Below are positions 1 through 9,059 of a stretch of 32,836 bases of DNA, one piece after another. Where the stretch lies: NCBI GenBank assembly GCA_021432655.1, contig MU271649.1, positions 1-32,836 of the forward strand. The letters are read 5' to 3'. The translations under genes were made by a program, and so were the position numbers. The stretch comes from Atractiella rhizophila (lineage: Eukaryota). The notes under the pieces were generated by a model. The model searched no databases. It was not told where the DNA came from and saw only the letters and a list, made by a program, of their open reading frames with translations. How positions within the stretch are numbered: position 1 is the stretch's first letter; each line of letters begins with the position of its first letter.

Positions 1-1524
1 TGAGTTTAGCGGTTGCGCTGTGGAAGGGGAGAGCGAGGTAGAGGGGAAGAAATCAGGGAGATTGGAGTTGGAAGGGGCGGCGCGGAGGAGCATGAAAGCT
101 TCAAAGAAAGACCTAAGATGCTCCAACGTCCAATCTGATGATTCTCTTTCTGGTGGTTTCTCCGAAAGTGACCGCTCCACGATGTCCATCACGGCGTCGA
201 GAGCTCCTTTTCCTCGTATTTTCTCATCCTTCTTCTCTTCGTCTACTGAGGCAGAGGACAAGAGAGGCGAACGTCGCTGGAGGAACGAGGAGCGGTCGTG
301 AACGTGCAATGCAAAGCCATGGAAGATGTCGCTGTAGTTTTGCATGTCCAGTGCGCCAGAGCGGAGAAGGGACCAGTTCCATGCCCGTGAGGTATCAGAA
401 GAAGACGAGGAAGAAATGTCGCGAATGATGCTGAGCATGAAGGGGTAGAGGCCGTAAAAGGAGATGGAGCGGAGGAGAATGGTGCGTGTTATGTGATCTG
501 GAGCTGGAGGTTGGACGAGTAGTTTCTCTCCGTCCTGAATATCGGAAGGTAAGGAAGGGAATATTGCGGACATAGGAACTGCAGATTGGGAATTCATGAG
601 AGAGTAGAGCTGTCGAGCTCTGTCGATCTGGCGACCAGAAAGATGGTGCCAAATGACGAGATTCCACACTTCTGTCCCAATTCCATGACCTTTCTTTCCA
701 TCCTCTCTGGCGGATTTCTTATTCAAGTCCCATATCAAGCTCCTCGCAAATTCATCTTCCATCTCACCCACCCCATCCTCTTCCACGGCCCTCCTAATCT
801 TCGCACTCCAAGTCCACTCATCCTCTTCCACCCCTGCCTCCCTCATCCTAAGCAAATAACCGTCGTACTCTCTCCACCTTCCACTCTTCGCTGCAGTGCT
901 CAAGAATAGATTGAAGCTATTTCGTTCGTATTCTGAGTCCGGTAGGAGAGGTGTGGTCCCCGTCTGCCAGTTGGGCTGTTTGAGGAGAGTATTGATCCGA
1001 CGAAGCATGTGGAACTTATTCTTGCTTCCAAGGGAAAGTTTGGATGCGTATCCCATAAGGGTCGTGTGTATACTCGGCGACAGCGGTATCGGATCTCCTC
1101 CTTCTGATTTCGCACGAGCAAGGGAGGTATTGAGCATGCCCACGAGAGTCAGAAGTCGATCCAGTCCTTCCTCTGAAGGTGGAGAACGTGCGAGGATGAC
1201 AAAGACCTTTTGTATCGTAGGAGCATCCAGAACTACTTGAGATGGGTCGCTCTGGTGGTGAAACTCGCTTTTTTCTATGTCCTGGATGGCTGACCAGAGA
1301 AGGGAAGGATTGGGGACGTGGAGGTGCATGCAGCGGTGGAGCCTTGAGAGAAGCTTATAGCGAGCGATGAGGGACGGAGGGAGAGCAGGAGATCTGCTCT
1401 TTGGCGCTGGTGAGGGGCCATTAGGGTGATTGACTGCAGAGAAATGAAGTTTGGAGTTGAACCAGATGCGGCGTTGGAGCAAAGGACAACATGCGGAGAC
1501 AGGAAGAAAGGGGCCATGGCGCAT
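1..1524 (-). CDS. PPR-like alpha-helical repeat protein, probably mitochondrial RNA-binding; 5' portion only (continues past window start)
   Basis: Manual translation from ATG 1524 stays open for 508 codons down to base 1. It has no stop, so the ORF track omits it. N-terminus MRHGPFLPVSACCPLLQRRIWFNSKLHFSA is basic and lacks acidic residues, like a presequence. PPR-like segments: SFNLFLSTAAKSGRWREYDGYLLRMREAGVEEDEWTWSAKI, EVWNLVIWHHLSGRQIDRARQLYSLM, PDHITRTILLRSISFYG. Confidence 0.75.
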   Translation of the reverse strand, partial: MRHGPFLPVSACCPLLQRRIWFNSKLHFSAVNHPNGPSPAPKSRSPALPPSLIARYKLLSRLHRCMHLHVPNPSLLWSAIQDIEKSEFHHQSDPSQVVLDAPTIQKVFVILARSPPSEEGLDRLLTLVGMLNTSLARAKSEGGDPIPLSPSIHTTLMGYASKLSLGSKNKFHMLRRINTLLKQPNWQTGTTPLLPDSEYERNSFNLFLSTAAKSGRWREYDGYLLRMREAGVEEDEWTWSAKIRRAVEEDGVGEMEDEFARSLIWDLNKKSAREDGKKGHGIGTEVWNLVIWHHLSGRQIDRARQLYSLMNSQSAVPMSAIFPSLPSDIQDGEKLLVQPPAPDHITRTILLRSISFYGLYPFMLSIIRDISSSSSSDTSRAWNWSLLRSGALDMQNYSDIFHGFALHVHDRSSFLQRRSPLLSSASVDEEKKDEKIRGKGALDAVMDIVERSLSEKPPERESSDWTLEHLRSFFEAFMLLRAAPSNSNLPDFFPSTSLSPSTAQPLNS

Positions 1525-1587
1525 CGTCGTTCAAAGGTTCCTATAACATCATTGTATAGTCGATTTCTAACATAGAAGATGCTCTAC

Positions 1588-1650
1588 TCACGGCACTGTC
1601 ACTTCCAGCTGAAGGCTGTCACATGATCACGGCACTCACACCCACGTGAT
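1588..1650. promoter_or_regulatory. Candidate cis-element cluster in the divergent promoter between the PPR-like gene and DAHP synthase
   Basis: TCACGGCACT occurs twice (1588-1597, 1627-1636) and CTGTCAC twice (1596, 1616). There is an E-box CACGTG at 1643-1648 and a GTCACATGA variant at 1618-1626. Confidence 0.35.
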
Positions 1651-1963
1651 CTAGCACCAAAGAACTTGAAGCGCGTGCAGAGCAGGCAGGTGGCCCTTAA
1701 AAGCTGTGATCGATTTAGAAAAGCTTCTGTTGCTAGTCAGGATCTCTCACGCAGGTCCATAGTATCACATTTAATTCTGGCTTTTCTAATCAGTTGGTCC
1801 AGACTTTGTTTTCATCGCGGCGTCATCTATCGATCGCTTTTTCCAACGAAGAGGAGGACATACAGTACAGTCACTGGCCGCTTTTCTCATCCGACACGCC
1901 AAAAAAGGAACAAACGCCAGACTTATTCCACTCAGCAACAGCAGAACGAATAAATTGCCCCTG

Positions 1964-4036
1964 ATGTCAGCTCCAAACTGGACTCCAGACTCCTGGCGAT
2001 CCAAGAAGATTTTACAAGACGTAGTATACCCTCCAGAAACTGAACATAAGCTCCCAGCGGTGACGGAGACGCTGAGGAAGCTACCACCATTGGTGAGCAA
2101 TGACGAGGTGCGATTTTCTTTGTGTTGAATGAAGTGGTGTTGAGAGTTCTGTGCATGTGTGGCGCAGATTGAGAGGCTGAGGCAGAATCTGTGTGCCTCT
2201 TCTCCTGCGATTGGCGTGAAACTAGCTGAATGAGAACGAAGTGCTCAGGTAGCGGCTGGCAAGGCTTTCCTACTCCAAGGTGGTGATTGGTAAATCAGCT
2301 TGTGTTCACTATATGCAGTTATCAGAGCCCACGCTGACGACGTTTTACTTGGAATAGCGCAGAACTATTTGATTACTGCACTCCTACTATGATCGAGTCT
2401 AAGCTCAAGCTACTCCTCGCCATGTCCCTCATCATCATCTATGGTGCACGTCTGCCAGTCGTCCGAATCCTCCGAGGGGCAGGTCAATATGCCAAGGTTC
2501 GACCCTTCTCTCTTCAAAAGGTAGCCATTTAGCCAGCTCACATGTCATACTAGCCGCGGAGCAAACCAACAGAGGTGATACCAGGCGTTGGGGAAGTCCT
2601 CTCGTTTCGAGGAGACAACGTCAATGGCTTCGCCGTCTCGGAACGAACGCCCGATCCCTCTCGCTTAACACAGAGCTACTTCCATTCTTCCTCGACCTTA
2701 AACTACATGCGTTCACTCCTCTCTTCCCCGCGCTTCGCCTCGCTCCACCATCCTCTCTCCTGGTCCCTCTCTCACGTTCGCTCTCCCGCCCTCCAACAAG
2801 CGTTCGAACGCATCGTCGATAACCTAACAGATGCTTTAGACTTCATAGATGTCGTAGGTGGGGGAGGAGGAAGTATTTTGGAGAAAGTCGAAGTTTGGAC
2901 AAGTCATGAAGGCTTACTGCTTGAATACGAAGAAGCCTTGACCCGTCCAATGGAAAAAATAACACAGAAGGAGAAGAAAGTCGAGAGAAAACTTGTGTCC
3001 CCCTATCCACTAAGCAGGTCAACAAGTTTGGAAAGGCTGTCTAACAGCACAACGAACAGGGTGGCCGAAGAGGAGCAGAATGCGTGGTACAATGTTTCTG
3101 CGTACAGTTTCTGCGTCTCCTCCCCATATGACGCCTTGGCTGATATTTGTCCTCAGACACTTCCTTTGGATTGGTGACCGCACGCGCCAGCTAGATGGGG
3201 CACACGTCGAGTTTGCTGCACCTCCCTATCTCCAACTCCTTCGCTCATGTGTCATCTGATAGGTACTTCCGTGGCATCCGTAATCCAATTGGCATCAAAG
3301 TCGGCCCTTCCATGGCACCATCCGAGCTGATCGACCTGCTTAAGATCGTAGACCCAGATAAAGAGCCAGGCCGAGTAACCCTCATATGCAGGTCAGCACA
3401 TTCTTTCCAGTTCCTGTCCAGTTCATGACGAGAAGTCTAAATTATGACTTGCATAGGTTTGGGAAAGATAAAGTAGAGAGTGCCCTGCCACCCATCATTC
3501 GAGCTGTCAAGGAGTCGGAATACGAAAATGTGGTCATTTGGAGTTGCGATCCAATGCATGGCAACACCAAAAGTTCTGAAGCATCTCCAGACATCAAAAC
3601 TCGACATATGGGTTTGTCCCCCGTCCTTAATTCGCAACACATTTTCCTAGCAGTTGACTTCGATTATGCAGCTGACATGGTGTCGGAAATTTCTTCTTCC
3701 TTCCGCATTCACCTTCAACACTCATCCCGCCTCTCTGGCATCCACCTTGAACTGACCGGCGAGACGAACGAGGATGGATTTAGTGTGACTGAATGTTTGG
3801 GAGGGAGCATGGAGCTTTTGGATGAGGATCTGAGTCTGAATTACCAGACATATTGCGATCCGAGGATGAACTATGAGCAGTCCCTTGATGTGGCGTTTCT
3901 CATTAGCCACTATTTCCAGAACGAGAGGAGGGGGAAAAAGATGGAGGATCTCATTCTGCATAATCTCACATCGGCCACAGGGACCGGAGGGAATGGGAGT
4001 CGAGGTCGTAGTGGACATCAAACACCCAAAGTGTAG
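1964..4036 (+). CDS. Class II DAHP synthase (phospho-2-dehydro-3-deoxyheptonate aldolase), multi-exon
   Basis: Spliced translation starts MSAPNWTPDSWRSKKILQDVVYP...LPPLV. Class II family motifs follow: [121 protein letters not shown]. Confidence 0.96.
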
Positions 4037-4144
4037 TTGGTGTACAAATAAAGTTATATGTACTAGATCATTTACAAGCAGGGAAAGTGCAAGACAAACT
4101 TGCATCACAAATCATGATCATGAACACAGAGCAATCTGGAATTG

Positions 4145-6353
4145 TTAGAATTCGCCACCATCCAAGGTCCCATAGGCGGATCCATAGCTCTTCCAAGGAT
4201 GTTTAGCGAGACTTCCATCAAAGCTGTTCGTATTTGATCCCCATGCCGTGCTGATTAGATACGGCTCATAAGGATGCCACGCAACGTCTCTCACGACTGT
4301 GTGAAGGTCCATGCTCTCCTCGTTGGGAACAACAATGTCTTTTGGATCGGGAAGGAGGGATCGTTGTATTGTTTCGATGCCTTAGAGGAGATGAGAGGAG
4401 TGGTCGAGTGTCGATCGATACGCTCTTTGAGCGTGCCGTCGAGATTCCAAATATGAATACGACCATCCGCTGACCCTTTGGCCAGGTGTCAATAAGCAAG
4501 CAAGAAGGATGATGACGAGCACACGAACCAGAGTAGATGTACCGCTGACCTGTCTGTGAGGGAGGGGAGAAGTGCGCTCGTATGAGGGTTCTTAGGACGG
4601 AGTGTCCGCGGTAGATCATTACTGACCCTTCCAGCGGATGCTCCCGATACTTTGGCTCATGGTATGTTCCCCCTCTATGAAAACGTCAGTTCGAAGCCTC
4701 CCAAGCTGAAGATACTAACCGATAATCCCAACCCTCAATGCCTACATCTAGCTGCGTTCGAGGGATGTTTTCGAAAGTCATGACTGCTTCTCATTTTCCG
4801 CAAATCCCACAACCTCGCACCCTGGTCTTTTTCCGTTCGAGAGAGCGTAGCGTCCATCACCTTTCGACGAGACATAAGTGACTCCTTCCGTGTGCCCTAT
4901 CAGAACTCCGGAAGGCTTGTTACTTGCTAGAGACCGGCGATCCTGGCATGCTAAGTCAGATCTTAGGTTACAAATAGGATAAGAAGTTGCGCACCCAAAC
5001 TTTGACGAAATTGTCATCGCTACCACTGATCAAAACATTACTGCTGCCTTCATCTGCGAACGCAACGGCGTTCACATCTCTTCGATGAGCCACCACATTC
5101 AGAGTTGTTTGCTTCCTCTCGATATCATAAACGTATATCCCTCCGTATCGATTCCCACCCGCAACGATCTCCCGTGCATCGGCTGAGAAGCGGATCGACC
5201 AAATACCAAAATGAACATGCTGATTTGTCGAGAAGTCGAGACATATCTGGTCTTCCTCACTAAAGGCTCTCTGTCCAGGAAGTTGAAGAAGAGATTCACG
5301 CGTATTCACAAGATGTACGACTGGGGTGATGGAGGAATAGATGAGCCAATCGTTGCTTGGGCTAAGATTCGCATCTGTAATCGTCCAGCTGCAGTTTTCT
5401 TCCCGAGCTCGGATCGTCTTGATTTCTTTCAGCGAAGAACGATGCGAGATCCAGTAATCGTCTGTCTCCCACCGACGGCGCCGTGCATTGGTGGTAGGCG
5501 GGCTCTCGTAGATGGACTTTGTGCCCGCGAGTGGAGACCGCCGCGTGTCGTAGATGTACACTTTAAAGTCCTGCACGCAGGAGTAGAAAAAGGAGCCGTC
5601 GTTTGAAAACTGGCCAGAGTAGACATTGTCCCTGTAGACGGCCACTTCTGTTCCTACAGAATTGGGGACACAGACCTTTATTCTCCTCAGATGGAAGCAC
5701 GAAAGAATGAAGCAGGCTTACATCCGCCCATTCACTCCTGAGGTGTCGCCGCTTCCTTCCCATCCTCTCCATCAACAAATCTCCCACATTCTCCCTCCCC
5801 TTAAATTTGCGTCCCCTGTCCCTTTCCCTCCTAGGCAGCGGTCCAAACTCGCCGCTCCTCAACAACTCACGTCCCTCTTCGATGGGAGAATCGGCTGGTT
5901 TGAAGTATCTCGTTACTGGCGGCCGGCGAGGAGCAGAAACACGCCTCGATTCCAACAGACGGCGGAGAGCGGAGAGGGTAGGAGGACGTGAGGCGACAAT
6001 CCGAATTTGTCCAGTGAGAGCTTTTTACACCAACAACAATATATACCATCCCTTTGCTAATGAATAGGAGGCGACATACGATCAAATTCGAGCCGCAGCT
6101 CGTTCTCCTCATCATCATCGGCATCCGCTTCCTCATGTTGTGGATTCAACAAACCTGATATCAAGGAAAGAGCGTCATTTCTCCCTTCCGTTTCTTCTTC
6201 TTCTTCTTCTTCGTTATCCATCTCCACATCCTCAGTTTCCTCTTGTTCTTCCTCGTCTGGCTCCCAGTCTGGGTCATCTTCTTCATCAAGCGCGGCCATT
6301 ATCAGATCCTCGACCTCTTCAGGCTCGACAGAATACGATCCAGGCATGGACAT
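4145..6353 (-). CDS. DCAF11: DCAF11/WDR23/LEC14B-like WD40 protein (CUL4-DDB1 substrate-receptor family); as assembled it carries three frameshifts
   Basis: Acidic N-terminus followed by family motifs YSGQFSNDGSFFYSCVQDF, WTITDANLSP, FGIWSIRFSADAREIVAG, AHRRDVNAVAFAD, SGSDDNFVKVWDRRSL, GVLIGHTEGVTYVSSKGDGRY, WDYR, YRGHSVLRTLIRAHFSP, TGQRYIYSGSADG, VRDVAWHPYEP. Stop TAA at 4145-4147. Confidence 0.9.
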
Positions 6354-6416
6354 TGTGTACTTACGATGTCTGCAAGCCGTCCAGATACAAATCGTGAGCG
6401 GAAAGGGGAAAGCGGT

Positions 6417-7799
6417 GGAGGTGGATTGGATTTATAAGAGTGGAGGTGGAGCAGCAGTTTCGGTCGTGGTGGCGAGAAAACAGAAAGATCCTCGTACGTA
6501 ACCGCATTTCTTACTCGTTTCAATCCAACACTGGGTCCACCATGGTGCCTTCAAACTTCAACGTTTTCAACACCACCCTCAGAGAATCTTTCCGTTTTCA
6601 AAGGTGTGCATAACATACCTTTATTCCGCGTTTACTGATGATGCAGTGATGCGGTGCTGAGGACCAGCACTAATATCACATTTGATGTAGATGTGGGCCT
6701 TTTCATGGTTGGAATAGGACAACGGCATGTGGTTTTAGTCCCATTCTCACCAGTGCTACAGTATGCTATTTTGCATAAGCCTCTCAAGTAGTCTTCACAC
6801 AGCATTAGCATCCTGTGTCAGCAGAAGTAGACGGCTTTGAGTTGTGGTGATGACAGATTCACCATTCGGTTTGGTAAATACCGCGATGCGCCAGACACGC
6901 TGTTGGAATGAATTTTTATCATATGTCAAGGATAGTTGCGGCATGATATCCTTTTACAAAATCTTTCAAAAGTGGAGTTGTTTTACCATATGACCGTCAT
7001 GACATCTGTCTCTTTAAATCGCACTCTTCAGACAACCCATCCAAGTTGACACGCTTATTGATATCTGAAGAGACTGGATATGTACTGGTTACGTGTTTAG
7101 AAAGGCTCTGGAGACTAGCCAAATGTTTACAAGAGATGTAATGCCCAGGTTGGCTGATTTCTTATCCTTCATCTCTTCGAGTGAATATGCGACGGAATAG
7201 GCATCACGAAGTAGAAGCCTGTGGAAACTTCGTTCCCTCAAAGACGCTTTGAACAAGGCCAAAGGTGACCTGACCTGTTTTATTTGTAATGGGCTCAAAG
7301 CTTCATTGCCCCCTTGTCGAAACACTTCAGTACTCCAGATATCTCGATGAAATTCAATAGGTGCCAACATTCGACAATGAAGCTTTCCTTTCGTCTGAGC
7401 TATTGGCTTTTGTCGCCTTTTGGAAGTGTACACACTTCGTTGGTGGGATAATTGGGAGTTCCTAAAGGAGAAGTGTGTGCTATCTGTGAAGCTGTTGGTG
7501 TCATTTTCAGGTGACAAGCTACCCTAAATCCAACCTAGCCGCATTCCAGCTATTCAGTGATTGAGGGTCCCTTTCCGCGTTGAGACACCGAAGTTATTGT
7601 AAGAAACGACGAGACAGCATGTCCTGATCCTCATCCAATGGATGAAGTTGTACATTATCTCGACTTCACCTTGATCAAAACCTTTGCTATGCGCCTGATT
7701 CGCATCATGGGCTTGTGAAAGTACTTTTAGTCAGATTTAGATATGGATGCCACCTGGAACATGTCAAGGATCTATGCCACTCCTTCATTTATTTCGGGT
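6417..7799 (+). repeat. Tandem duplication A, copy 1 (~1383 bp); begins in the DCAF11 upstream/5'-UTR region
   Basis: Begins GGAGGTGGATTGGATTTATAAGAG and ends TCTATGCCACTCCTTCATTTATTTCGGGT. It is colinear with 7801-9059, with scattered substitutions and small indels. It carries ~111 nt (7655-7765) absent from copy 2. Confidence 0.97.
7259..7423 (+). ncRNA. Candidate structured RNA element (long irregular hairpin) within duplication A; counterpart at ~8644-8793
   Basis: Nested complementary arms: CCAAAGGTGAC/GTCGCCTTTTGG, AATGGGCTCA/TGAGCTATT, AAAGCTTCA...TTGTCGAA/TTCGACAATGAAGCTTT. The core arms are identical in copy 2 while the loop differs by an indel. No family was recognised. Confidence 0.35.
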
Positions 7800-7800
7800 A

Positions 7801-9059
7801 GGAGGTGGATTGGATTTATAAGAGTGGAGGTGGAGCAGCAGTTTCGGTCGTGGTGGCGAGAAAACAGAAAGATCCTCGTACGTAACCGCATTTCTCACTC
7901 GTTTCAATCCTCCACCGTGTCCACCGTGGTGCCTTCAAATTTCAACGTTTTCAACACCACCCTCAAAGAATCTTTCCGTTTTCAAAGGTGTGCATAACAT
8001 ACCTTTATTCTGCGTTCACTGATGATGCAGTGATGCGGTGCTGAGGACCAGCACTAATATCACATTTGATGTAGATGTGAGCCTTTTCATGGTTGTGATA
8101 GGACAACGGCATGTGGTTTAGTCCCATACTCACCAGTGCTACAGTATGCTATTTTGCATAAGCCGCTCAATTAGCCTTCACACAGCATTAACATCCTATG
8201 TCAGCAGAAGTAGACGGCTTTGAGTGGTGGTGTTATGACAGATTCATCATTCGTTTTGGTAAATACCGCGATGCGCCAGACACGCTGATGGAATGAATTT
8301 TTATCATATGTCAAGGATAGTTGCGGCATAATATCCTTTTACAAAATCTTTCAAAAGTGGTGTTGTTTTACCATATGACCGTCATGACACATCTGTCTCT
8401 TTAAATCGCCACTCTTCAGACAACCCATCCAAGTTGACACATTTATTGATATCTGTATGTACTGGTTACGTGTTTAGAAAGGCTCTGGAGACTGGCCAAA
8501 TGTTTACAACAGATGTAATGCCAGGTCGGCTTATTTCTTATCCTTCATCTCTTCGAGTGAATATGCGACGGAATAGGCATCACAAAGTAGAAGCCTGAGG
8601 ACTGATTGGAAACTTTGTTCCCTCAAAGACGCTTTGAACAAGGCCAAAGGTGACCTGACCTGTTTTATTTGTAATGGGCTCAAAGCTTCATTGCCCCTTG
8701 TCGAAACACTTTACTCGATGAAATTCAATAGGTGCCAACATTCGACAATGAAGCTTTCCTTTCATCTGAGCTATTGGCTTTTGTCGGCTTTTGGAAGTGC
8801 ACACACTTCGTTGGTGGGATGAATGGGAGTTCCTAAAGGAGAAGTGTGTGCTATCTGTGAAGCTGTGGGTGTCATTTTCAGGTGACAAGCTACCCTAAAT
8901 CCAACCTAGCTGCATTCCAGCTATTCAGCGATTGAGGGTCCCTTTCCGTGTTGAGACACCCAAGTTATTGTAAGAAACGACGAGACAGCATGTCCTGATC
9001 TTCATCCAATGGATGAAGTTGTACAAAGGATCTATGCCACTCCTTCATTTATTTCGGGT
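7801..9059 (+). repeat. Tandem duplication A, copy 2 (~1259 bp)
   Basis: Same start and end sequences as copy 1 and directly adjacent, head-to-tail. Paralogous short ORFs appear in the track (7089-7517 vs 8688-8888, both MSPENDT...). Confidence 0.97.

Noticed and set aside
20..1517. Several short ORFs listed in the track at the window start
   Set aside because: Antisense or out-of-frame shadows of the single 1524-to-1 minus-strand ORF.
6637..6661. TGATGA...CTGA resembling C/D box snoRNA boxes
   Set aside because: Spacing is too short, no rRNA/snRNA guide complementarity was recognised, and it overlaps an intron branch/acceptor-like signal.
6542..6830. Short spliced + strand ORF (MVPSNFNVFNTTLRESFRFQ|SDAVLRTS...) in duplication A
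   Set aside because: Terminates early. Copy 2 has GTG instead of ATG and a 1-nt deletion, and no domain is recognisable.
7373..7388. ACAATGAAGCTT resembling the RNase MRP/P 3' conserved region
   Set aside because: No matching 5' GAAAGTC-type P4 partner found; better explained as a hairpin arm.
7089..7517. 142-aa minus-strand ORF in duplication A
   Set aside because: Non-ATG start, truncated to 66 aa by indels in copy 2, and no motif.
6417..9059. Duplication A as LTRs or a transposon, or as a target of RIP-like CpG hypermutation
   Set aside because: No TG...CA ends, terminal inverted repeats, target-site duplication or internal coding region. Differences include many transversions and non-CpG transitions, and many CpGs persist in both copies.
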